A DNA stretch of 32,000 bases. Source: Patescibacteria group bacterium (GTDB taxonomy: Bacteria; Patescibacteriota; Patescibacteriia; 2-01-FULL-39-33). The position numbers were made by a program, and so were the translations under genes. The notes under the pieces are model-generated. The model did no database searches. It was not told where the DNA came from and saw only the letters and a program-made list of their open reading frames with translations. The DNA is taken from the NCBI GenBank assembly GCA_041662745.1, contig JBAZRV010000001.1:150001-182000 (forward strand), given 5' to 3'. This document shows positions 17,501 to 24,849 of this stretch, one piece after another. How positions within the stretch are numbered: position 1 is the first letter of the stretch; every line of letters starts with the position of its first letter.

Positions 17501-18760
17501 TCAGTTGATTCAACTCGCGCCTTGATGATTTATTATTACAAGTCTTGCAAAAAAGATCGTTATCAGGAGTTGGCCTTTAAGGATTTCATTATTCATGTTT
17601 TGAACGGCACCTATGGTTTTTGGCGTGCTTGGGATAGCAACATTGACCCTGAAGACAAACTTTCACAGCTTAATAAATTGAAGGAGAAAAAGCTAATACC
17701 CGAGGGTTTGACCTTGGATCAATATCGGCAATGGCTTGATGAGGAAAAGTTTAAGTTTGAAGAAACTCTCGCTTATGATATTTCCGATCTGAAGGCGGGT
17801 ATTGGCGATATAATCGGTGATGCCGTGGCTGACGGCCATATTACTGAAGAATCCCTTGATTTATCCGGTATTGATGAAAAATACAACACCCTAATTGAGC
17901 CGTTGAATATTTTTACCAATCGCCAGAGAGAATTGCGCGAATTGTCTAAAACGGCGGGGTTGACTGAGGAGCGTCAGGCAGAGTACAAGGAGTTGGCTCG
18001 TCAGATAGCCGATTATCGCAAAAAACACGAGACTGAGATGACCGCCATCTTAGCGCTTAAATATTTGTCCGGCTTAAAAAATTTAACCGCCCATGAGTTG
18101 GAAAATCAAGTATTGATTTTAAAGAATAAAAATCAGGTGCCGTTAAAAAAGGCCCTTAGTTTGTTGGCAGAGCATTTTGGAGAAAAATCCCCTGATTTTA
18201 TAGGTGATATCAATCGTATCCGCCAATTGCTTGCCGGCGGTTTTGAGCAGATTTATGGCGGTAAAAAAGTTTCAAGAGGAAAGCTTTACTTGACTGACAG
18301 GGTTGATTTGGAAACCTATGTCTTTATCGGAGAAAGGCCTGTCGCCTCTTGCCAAAATTACGATGGCCGTAGCGGCCAGAATGCCGGACTGTTATCTTAT
18401 TTGTCCGACCCCAATGTTAAGATTATTCAAATATACAATGAGAGCGGGGGTATTATCGCTCGCAGCGTTATGCGTTTAGTTGAAGATGATGATAATAAAC
18501 CGCAATTATTCATTGAGAGAACATATTCAGCCAATCCGCATCCCAAAATTAATGAAGCCATTGTTAATTTTGCCAAGCTTAAAGCGGAAAAAATGAATGT
18601 CGGTTTATATGCCTCTGTTTCTGTCGGGTCCAATCAAGGAACGGCAGCGGCCGATCTTCATAATAATAATAGCCGCAGCGCTTATGTTTATACTGATGCG
18701 GCCGGCGGTAGAATTCCCAAGGGGCGTTTTACTATCAGGAGCGCCAAGTTAATCCGCTGA
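14531..18760 (+). CDS. very large, mostly helical protein of unknown function (1409 aa)
   Basis: Single uninterrupted ORF; last ~165 aa form a distinct region including ETYVFIGERPVASCQNYDGRSGQNAGLLSYLSDPNVKIIQIYNESGGIIARSVMRLV. Confidence 0.9.
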   Translation: MRPRQRHESIDESAPEAGIGGLIATAKESGHVDLRSFSLERLAQLAQWYRDSFESLDKGDRVEFLEQFMSLNEFDDRESLEFINKIDFESRAEIGIFIYRTLDGLKFIQAFQECWPAIDYDQRSEMVLFIIKKRPALLLMIAPFVKLSRWSKDGRYVLLPNWQHERSKPADSLQKERFSAYEKSSELIEGLLRYSENHPEENSSAVRDNLSNMNPALLIPYLDRIENLHILSKEQIKNIATAPQRFLPVDIFYTTEDLEEKKAIMKELEAYHPDEEERTALKYLYPTEITPLKLGVKLAKIENRALLRKTQALLSTFRDRQGKLGQDKLDYLFKLVEDGVPVFAQIDNLGLSKTELAALLNRCVEEEDFPFGVLLDLSDLKKFVEFSRRTESGSEADLEQSLIRQVIKNLQENGEYGRVGNAVALNAEGFFSIFRVSERQKIWDAVNKFAPALWLNNINYAIKHGIMTFDELITISSGDDQNFIKKYHRLLYHLHQLRREGKPVEASVESLAGKAKSLFSANPYLFLQADNSKIVKSIYSQAEQQQFITEQLTGNVNSYFFEALLSSEYINQYADVCRRLLAENGYLFAVVTEYSHIWERARRFVETKELIDLVIRHAESINFSTLFDDLYLIAELGKKPAKAAALAERLTELNNFSALARLNEGINRYGKEEQRLQKKLQSLPQLSYLNDEEKQKEGERLKKELAELVDNGYEANNRNLELLARETIEILIEACESNRFLVFDENILVTEGLDAAKYIIRDLPGYIAVNPEILFEVDTRPNRGESSMLCENILGEDKYHLLIRENARLLAFRKSEYGVAFDNKFVRPETLKRIEEMNPLIGLLAQSKTDLDYYSAVLRRVMETPLAGLYRKELEKIIKDKKEAGEPRLITGFFEADNDFEQPAKKIFLLNSHAAIRAHAGWLMSLPENQQTELVGLLEFSLLNGLVFLGKILQSEDFSEVKKELQGGIEEFVLYVFGLEDLPELSFDNLSVDSTRALMIYYYKSCKKDRYQELAFKDFIIHVLNGTYGFWRAWDSNIDPEDKLSQLNKLKEKKLIPEGLTLDQYRQWLDEEKFKFEETLAYDISDLKAGIGDIIGDAVADGHITEESLDLSGIDEKYNTLIEPLNIFTNRQRELRELSKTAGLTEERQAEYKELARQIADYRKKHETEMTAILALKYLSGLKNLTAHELENQVLILKNKNQVPLKKALSLLAEHFGEKSPDFIGDINRIRQLLAGGFEQIYGGKKVSRGKLYLTDRVDLETYVFIGERPVASCQNYDGRSGQNAGLLSYLSDPNVKIIQIYNESGGIIARSVMRLVEDDDNKPQLFIERTYSANPHPKINEAIVNFAKLKAEKMNVGLYASVSVGSNQGTAAADLHNNNSRSAYVYTDAAGGRIPKGRFTIRSAKLIR

Positions 18761-18820
18761 GAGAAGTCAACCGGTTAGAGTGGAAGAGGCGGTAATTTTT
18801 TACTATAATGCAATATAAAA

Positions 18821-19144
18821 ATGGATAATTCATTTATAACCAATAATCCCTTGCAAGTTTTTTTGGGGCGGGTCGTTATTGACCAGTCATATATTTATAT
18901 TGATTATTGGTCAATGATACATTTTTGCTCCGGCGCGATTTTGGGGCTGCTGTTTGCCATTTACTGCCCCAAGAGGTATTCTTGGCTATTCACCCTTGCT
19001 TTTTTGCTGGTTTATGAGATCATTGAAATCTTTTTGACCGGCATTTTATTCATTACGGAAACGGCGGTAGACAGGATTTGGGATTTGATTATCGGTATGA
19101 TCGGATTTTTTATCTTTTATTATTTTTTCCATAAAAAATCGTAA
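18821..19144 (+). CDS. small integral membrane protein
   Basis: 107 aa with about three hydrophobic helices. Confidence 0.7.
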   Translation: MDNSFITNNPLQVFLGRVVIDQSYIYIDYWSMIHFCSGAILGLLFAIYCPKRYSWLFTLAFLLVYEIIEIFLTGILFITETAVDRIWDLIIGMIGFFIFYYFFHKKS

Positions 19145-19173
19145 TTTTTATAGCATTGCCTTATAAACAAAAT

Positions 19174-19212
19174 TAAAAAAAGCCGCCCGGTCAATGCGAC
19201 CGAGCGGTTTTC
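19174..19212. terminator. bidirectional terminator between convergent genes
   Basis: AAAAAAAGCCGCCCGGTCAATGCGACCGAGCGGTTTT. Confidence 0.75.
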
Positions 19213-19253
19213 ATAATGTTCTTAAGCTTTTAATCGCTGTCAAACGAAGCGTT

Positions 19254-19598
19254 TTACGCAACCCCTTGCTTTTTTAACGGCCAAGGGAGTTTAATCAAGA
19301 CAAAGCCCGTAAAAGCAATGAGCAGGCCAAGCCAATTAAGCAGTGATGGATTATGAGTCTTATCTATAAGGGAAATGGTTGCAAGTTCCGCCGCCGTCAA
19401 AGAAACAACGAAGAGCAGGCCGTCAAAAATCAGGTTTTTTGAGTACTTGCTGATAAACGGCCAGAGCGGAGCGATGTTAATCAGTACCAGACCAATGAAC
19501 GACCACCAGTTTTGGGTTAAACTGCTCTGCAAGGAAAAGTAGCTCATAGCCATGCCGTCAATTATCGTTAGCGGTATCAATAATCCGTAAACAATCAT
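19254..19598 (-). CDS. four-TM membrane protein, paralogue of 19610-19936
   Basis: ATG 19598 preceded by AAAGGAGG; MIVYGLLIPLTIIDGMAMSYF...NWLGLLIAFTGFVLIKL. Confidence 0.75.
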   Translation of the reverse strand: MIVYGLLIPLTIIDGMAMSYFSLQSSLTQNWWSFIGLVLINIAPLWPFISKYSKNLIFDGLLFVVSLTAAELATISLIDKTHNPSLLNWLGLLIAFTGFVLIKLPWPLKKQGVA

Positions 19599-19609
19599 TT
19601 TTCGCCTCC

Positions 19610-19936
19610 TTAAAGTTTCATCAGTATGAAACCGATGATCACGACAATCACTCCCAGCCAATTATGGCGTTTGAATTTCACGGCGGCGCCTAACAGCACC
19701 AGGGCTGAAGTCAGGGTCAGGGTCATAAGAGTGTCGTAAAGCAACATATCAAATGCCAGACTGGCGGAGTCGGGAGCGACGAACGCCCAAAGGGGTATGA
19801 GATTCAAGCCGATCATTATCGCCAATATTTTTTTATTTTTGACGCTGTTGTTTTTTTTAGAAAAATAGGCAACGACAGCATAGAAAAATATTTCCAGCGG
19901 TACCCAGATCAGGTAAGTTATGGTTACGGGAAACAT
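19610..19936 (-). CDS. four-TM membrane protein, paralogue of 19254-19598
   Basis: MFPVTITYLIWVPLEIFFYAVVAYF...HNWLGVIVVIIGFILMKL; GGAGG upstream. Confidence 0.75.
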   Translation of the reverse strand: MFPVTITYLIWVPLEIFFYAVVAYFSKKNNSVKNKKILAIMIGLNLIPLWAFVAPDSASLAFDMLLYDTLMTLTLTSALVLLGAAVKFKRHNWLGVIVVIIGFILMKL

Positions 19937-20022
19937 GCCATCCTCCTTTATTCGATTGAAAAGAACTTTAAGCTTTAAGGCAGATTAGCATTGATCGGCT
20001 TTTGTGTCAATTGCATTAAAAA

Positions 20023-20045
20023 ATCCGTTGCCTGAGGCAACGGAT
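20023..20045 (-). terminator. Rho-independent terminator downstream of the ParA-like gene
   Basis: ATCCGTTGCC-TGA-GGCAACGGAT followed on the minus strand by TTTTTT. Confidence 0.8.
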
Positions 20046-20072
20046 GATGAATGAACGAGATAGCAATGCGAT

Positions 20073-20750
20073 TTAAGCGACGCGCCGATCGGTGTTTTCA
20101 GGCGGTCTCTGATTAATCCAAACCAGCTTCCAGTCACGCTGTCTATCGGCGGCCATTCTCATCAGACTCTCTGCGATAAGCCAGACGCCGGTGTGGCAGT
20201 CAATTATTACCGAATCAAAGCCTTTTTCAGCCAACCCTTTAAGCAGAGCGTTCAATCTGACCGTTATTTCTCTCCAGCATTTTTCATTGCTGATCAGCAT
20301 ATTGAAACCATCGCTAAGATTCCCAGACAACTTAATCAGCGGCTTTTTAGCCAGCAACTTTTGAGGAGTACCGCCTGCCCGTCGCCGGACCCGGATATTA
20401 ATCTTGGTATTTTCCAAATTAACGCTGCGGAGTTGCAGAATAACACTGAAAGATTGGTAGGGAACGATCAAATCGCTAAGATCAAAATCTTTAGTGTCAG
20501 CGGCCAGCATATATTGTTCCAGAAAAGCTACGGTGTTTTGCGCCAGGTTTTCTCTGAAGGCGCTGTCCGTCAACAAGGGCATTAAGCCGGCGCCAATGAC
20601 ATCCAGATCAATAACGCAAACCTGTCGGCCCTTGGCGCTCATTTGTTTCGCCAAAGCCAGGGCATTGGTGCTTTTGCCGACTCCGCCGCACCGAGAATGA
20701 AAACTGATGACTTGCAGTTTTTTCTCGGTCGGTTTATTTTTCTTGGCCAT
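20073..20750 (-). CDS. ParA/MinD-like P-loop ATPase
   Basis: SFHSRCGGVGKSTNALALAKQMSAKGRQVCVIDLDVIGAG and FDSVIIDCHTGV. Confidence 0.8.
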   Translation of the reverse strand: MAKKNKPTEKKLQVISFHSRCGGVGKSTNALALAKQMSAKGRQVCVIDLDVIGAGLMPLLTDSAFRENLAQNTVAFLEQYMLAADTKDFDLSDLIVPYQSFSVILQLRSVNLENTKINIRVRRRAGGTPQKLLAKKPLIKLSGNLSDGFNMLISNEKCWREITVRLNALLKGLAEKGFDSVIIDCHTGVWLIAESLMRMAADRQRDWKLVWINQRPPENTDRRVA

Positions 20751-20766
20751 TTTTGTTCTCCCGGTT

Positions 20767-21822
20767 TTAATTCACGCGTTTTAATTCTTTAATTCTTTGC
20801 GGCATATAGTCAGAGAAGAATTCAAAGAAAGCCTCTTCGGAAGGAAATACTTTAGTGGCGATATCCATAAACGGGCTGGCGTGCTGGCTGGGCCAGATCA
20901 CAAAAACATTTTTACCGGTTTCAAAGCCCCTGGTGCATTCGTCGCTGACGCCCTTAGAGAGGGTTGTTCCCAGCGGGTAATAAGCGACTTGGTCGGAGGC
21001 TTTGGGAATATACCAATTCAGGTCCCGATGAACCGTATGCCGACGAATAATCAATTCTTCTTTGGCGGAGAGCCCGGCGTTTGATTCCATATCAATCATT
21101 CTGGGATCAATGAGCGGCGTTGGCAGTCCGGTTAAGCGGCGCCCCAAAGTAAGAAGTTTTTCTTTAAACTTCGTAATCATTTGATCCGCCTCGGAACTGG
21201 CGTCAGTCATGGGCATTTGGAAGTAAATCAAGAAAGCGCTGGCCAGCAAGCTTTCAATAGTCAGGGGGTCCTGCCGGCCGGGCAGAACGTAATGCGGTTT
21301 GCCGAGATTGGAAGCCAGTCCTTCAACCGTATTTACTTCCGCATTGCTCCACAATAATAGGTCGCGCAGACTGTGATTTTGTACCCGACCCTGCGGCGTG
21401 GCCAATTGCCGTTCCCTGACGGTGGACGGTTTTTCAATCAGTGTAATAAACATGTCGGGGTTGAGTTGACGCAAGTGACGCCAGTCGTAGGCGTTAATAA
21501 ACACGTCATTCCAGAAAAATTGAGCGTGCAGATCAATAACCAACCGATCGCATTTTTCTTGCTTATTGGCGACCGAAGCCAAGATGGAATCAAAAACCCT
21601 GTTTTCTAAAGCGGCCAACAATTCCGGATTAAGGTTAAGTAAGTTTTCCGGAGTTATCGGAGGTTTTTGCGGAGTTTCTTGAGCCAGCGTCAGCAGCATA
21701 TTGCCAGAATGATAACTGTTGATTTCCAAGCGGCTGGGATCAGCCACGGCATACTCGTTGCAGAATCTTGTGCTACCGCTGCCGGGAATGCCCGTAATTA
21801 CGATCTTCTTGCTTCTTGGCAT
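20767..21822 (-). CDS. P-loop NTPase (nucleotide-kinase-like) of unknown function
   Basis: ATG 21822: MPRSKKIVITGIPGSGSTRFCNEYAV (Walker A-like GxPGSGST) and RLVIDLHAQ (Walker B-like). Confidence 0.65.
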   Translation of the reverse strand: MPRSKKIVITGIPGSGSTRFCNEYAVADPSRLEINSYHSGNMLLTLAQETPQKPPITPENLLNLNPELLAALENRVFDSILASVANKQEKCDRLVIDLHAQFFWNDVFINAYDWRHLRQLNPDMFITLIEKPSTVRERQLATPQGRVQNHSLRDLLLWSNAEVNTVEGLASNLGKPHYVLPGRQDPLTIESLLASAFLIYFQMPMTDASSEADQMITKFKEKLLTLGRRLTGLPTPLIDPRMIDMESNAGLSAKEELIIRRHTVHRDLNWYIPKASDQVAYYPLGTTLSKGVSDECTRGFETGKNVFVIWPSQHASPFMDIATKVFPSEEAFFEFFSDYMPQRIKELKRVN

Positions 21823-21982
21823 GGTATTTTCCTTTCTTTTTTTATTCTGTTTTAAGGTCCGGCGACTAATATTCACATACCCCTTTTTATCATATTACAC
21901 GCAATATGTCAATAGATTTTTAGCAAATTATGTCCAACTTGGTTTATTTATGATAAAATTAGATTACTTTTAATACTAATTT

Positions 21983-22690
21983 ATGAACAAGGCTGAGACA
22001 GTAAAAAATAAAAAAGTCGCCGTATTTGATATTGACGGGACGATTTTTCGTTCCAGCTTGTTGATTGAGGTGACTGAGGCGCTGATTGGCGAAGGATTGT
22101 TTCCGGCCTCGGCCAAAAAGGTTTATGCCAAGTCGTTCATCGCTTGGCTTAATCGCCAAGACTCCTATGATAAATATATTTATGATGTCATCAAGGCTTT
22201 TGAAAAGAACATAAAAAGAGTCAGATCGCGGGATTATGTTAGAGTAGCTAAAAAAGTCATCGTTTTCCATCAGGACCGGGTTTATCGTTTTACGCGCGAT
22301 TTGGTGAAAGATTTGAAAAAGCAAGGGTATTTTCTTTTGGCCATATCGCATTCGCCGCGCGAGTTAGTGGAGTTGTTTGCCCAAGGCTTGGGTTTTGATG
22401 AGGTGTACGGCCGGATTTTAGAGGCGGACAAGCGGGGGCGGTTTACCGGCCGGGTGGAGCACGAAGAGCTGATTACCGACAAGGCCAAAATACTTAAGCG
22501 GGCAATAGCCAAGGAAAATTTGACTTTAAGCGGCTCAGTCGGCGTGGGCGATTCCGAAGGAGATATCACTTTATTGCGGTCGGTGGATAGGCCGATCGCC
22601 TTTAACCCCAATAGTAAATTGTATCAAGAGGCCAAACGTTGCGGTTGGGAAATAGTAGTGGAGAGGAAAGATGTGATTTACAAGATTTAA
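21983..22690 (+). CDS. HAD-superfamily phosphatase (phosphoserine-phosphatase-like)
   Basis: VAVFDIDGTIFRSS, LLAISHSP, GVGDSEGDITLL. Confidence 0.88.
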   Translation: MNKAETVKNKKVAVFDIDGTIFRSSLLIEVTEALIGEGLFPASAKKVYAKSFIAWLNRQDSYDKYIYDVIKAFEKNIKRVRSRDYVRVAKKVIVFHQDRVYRFTRDLVKDLKKQGYFLLAISHSPRELVELFAQGLGFDEVYGRILEADKRGRFTGRVEHEELITDKAKILKRAIAKENLTLSGSVGVGDSEGDITLLRSVDRPIAFNPNSKLYQEAKRCGWEIVVERKDVIYKI

Positions 22691-22750
22691 AATCATTGGA
22701 CAGATTACCGGATTGACTTTTCCGGCAAGCTGAGGAAATAAATATAAAAC

Positions 22751-22778
22751 TCGATTCCGGCAGGGAATCGAGTTTTGT
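22751..22778 (+). terminator. Rho-independent terminator
   Basis: CTCGATTCC-GGCAG-GGAATCGAG-TTTTG. Confidence 0.7.
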
Positions 22779-22902
22779 TTGTGCTATTTTGGGCGCGCGC
22801 CATAAGGTATCTTTAGCCGACGCGCGATGCGTTTAACTTGTTTTTCTGTACGACCCAGCTTTATCTGTCGTTGACCGGTATTATTATGGTGCCGTCGTTT
22901 TT

Positions 22903-23520
22903 TCACTTTTTTATTTCCTGGCCGGCCTGCTGGCGTCCGGGTTGCATCAATTGCCGTAATTTGTCTTGATTTGTGCCCAACTCCTCCCAGGTGAAAATTC
23001 CCTTGGCCTGCAGGGTTATGATCTGTTTAAAAATAGCATAGCCGGATCGCGGGTCGACAGGCGGCTTTCGGTCAAATTTTTTGACAGTCTGTTGGCAGAG
23101 ATCAATCATTCGCGTTTTCACTGCTTGAGCTGTTGTCGGATCAACCCGGCAGAGCGCCGGCCATTGGATCAGGTTACTGGCCATGGCATCGCAGAGGTAT
23201 TGGTGGTACTGTGGTTGACGTTTTTTCTGACAGTGATAATTAAAGGCCGTCTGGATGGCCTGATCGGCAATCCGGTCTTTTTGCGGACCGTTAGCTTGAT
23301 TAAAATCACGGCGTAATCGTCTCATTTCCGCTCCGAAAGCGGGACTGAAGCCGCAATAATCGTTAGCGCCGTTAAGCCGGCCGGGGCCATTGGCGTTAAG
23401 TTGCTGTTGAAAGCCAAGAAGTTGTTGCCGATAGTAATTATTTAACCATAAGACGATTGTTGCCAGCAGAATCAATGAAACCATGCCGAGCGTTGTAAGG
23501 AATTTTTGTGTTTTAGCCAT
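22903..23520 (-). CDS. membrane-anchored hypothetical protein
   Basis: ATG 23520: MAKTQKFLTTLGMVSLILLATIVLWLNNYY, one TM helix followed by a Cys-containing soluble region. Confidence 0.7.
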   Translation of the reverse strand: MAKTQKFLTTLGMVSLILLATIVLWLNNYYRQQLLGFQQQLNANGPGRLNGANDYCGFSPAFGAEMRRLRRDFNQANGPQKDRIADQAIQTAFNYHCQKKRQPQYHQYLCDAMASNLIQWPALCRVDPTTAQAVKTRMIDLCQQTVKKFDRKPPVDPRSGYAIFKQIITLQAKGIFTWEELGTNQDKLRQLMQPGRQQAGQEIKK

Positions 23521-23623
23521 GATTACCTCATTTTTTTTGGTTGAGAAGTTGATTTCAGGATTCAATCGCGGTATAAAGAGCTTGAAAAGCCAGTTTATCA
23601 TTTTTATTTTCAGTTGTCAATTA

Positions 23624-23650
23624 AAAACATCCGCTTAAGCGGATGTTTTT
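23624..23650 (-). terminator. terminator downstream of the epimerase gene
   Basis: AAAAACATCCGCTTAAGCGGATGTTTTT. Confidence 0.75.
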
Positions 23651-23661
23651 GGCAATAATTT

Positions 23662-24597
23662 TTATAAGCCGAATCGTTGCGCTAATTTTTTTCTGGCATC
23701 ATCAACAAACCAGACAATCGTATTCTTTAGTCCGTCATCAATTCCGATTTGCGGTTTCCAACCGATAAGCTCTTGAGCGCGTGAAATGTCCGCCAGGGTG
23801 TCATGCGGTTCAATGCGCGGAGGCAGATACTCGGCGACGCCGCCGATTTTTTGCGCGATGTCATTAACGGAGTAATTTTGGCCGCCGCCGATATTAATTA
23901 CCTCGCCTTGGCCGACTTTGTCGCTTTGCGCCGCTAAAATATTAGCGCGCACAATGTCACCGACATAAGTGAAGTCGCGCGTCTGCGTACCGTCGCCGGT
24001 AATGGTCATGGTCTTGCCGTCGCGCTTTTGCTGCAAGAAAACCGCAATCACAGTTACATAGCCGCCGGACATGGCCAGACGCGGACCGTAGGCGTTAAAA
24101 TACCTTAAGGAGACGGTCGGTAGGCCGTAGAGCAAAGAAAAGTTCCTGGCGTAATGTTCGCCGACGTATTTCTGAACGGCGTAAGGGCTGATGGGTGAAG
24201 GCAACATGATCTCTTTCAGGGGCATATTGTCCTGGTTGCCATAAGCCGAAGAAGAAGCGGAGTAAACCAATTTTTTAATCTTAGCATCGCGCGCTGCGGT
24301 TAAGACGTTGAGCGTGCCGTTAACGTTAATGTCGTGCGTGGTAAGCGGATCTTCAATGGACAGCTGAACGCGAGGCAGAGCGGCCAGATGAAAGACCCAG
24401 TCCTGGCCGATGAAGGCGGAATGGATAGCTTCCAAATCCCTGATATCCGCTTCAATCAATTTAGCTGCCGGATTGATGTTTTCTTTCAGCCCGGTGGAAA
24501 GATTATCCAGGATCGTCACTTCATGTCCTTGACTGATTAATTCATCAACCAGGTTTGAACCGATAAATCCGGCGCCGCCGGTGACTAAGCATTTCAT
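23662..24597 (-). CDS. NAD-dependent epimerase/dehydratase (UDP-glucose 4-epimerase-like)
   Basis: MKCLVTGGAGFIGSNLVDELISQGHEVTILDNLSTG...SSSAYG...YAVQKYVGE. Confidence 0.92.
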   Translation of the reverse strand: MKCLVTGGAGFIGSNLVDELISQGHEVTILDNLSTGLKENINPAAKLIEADIRDLEAIHSAFIGQDWVFHLAALPRVQLSIEDPLTTHDINVNGTLNVLTAARDAKIKKLVYSASSSAYGNQDNMPLKEIMLPSPISPYAVQKYVGEHYARNFSLLYGLPTVSLRYFNAYGPRLAMSGGYVTVIAVFLQQKRDGKTMTITGDGTQTRDFTYVGDIVRANILAAQSDKVGQGEVINIGGGQNYSVNDIAQKIGGVAEYLPPRIEPHDTLADISRAQELIGWKPQIGIDDGLKNTIVWFVDDARKKLAQRFGL

Positions 24598-24715
24598 AAG
24601 TTTGGTGGTAAATTAGGCATTAGTTTTGTTTATCTTATTATAGATTGCAATATATAGCAAGATTTACAGTAAATTTGTTTAAATTTAAACAAGCTTATTT
24701 TTAATATATTGGCGC

Positions 24716-24744
24716 TTGACAATAATGACTTATTTTAGTAAGAT
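24716..24744 (+). promoter_or_regulatory. candidate promoter for the ubiquitin-like cluster
   Basis: TTGACA (24716-24721), 17 nt, TAAGAT (24739-24744); inverted repeat GGTTAT/ATAACC at 24774-24791 downstream. Confidence 0.45.
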
Positions 24745-24849
24745 GATAAATCAAGTTTTTGCAGTTAATGGCAGGTTATTACTTGATAACCGCACTTTGA
24801 CAAAATAATAAAAACTTAAAATGGCTTAAACGGCAAAGGAGAAAAGCTA

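Noticed and set aside
20193-21855. Plus-strand ORFs of 62-130 aa
   Set aside because: Antisense to the ParA-like and P-loop NTPase genes; no supporting motifs.
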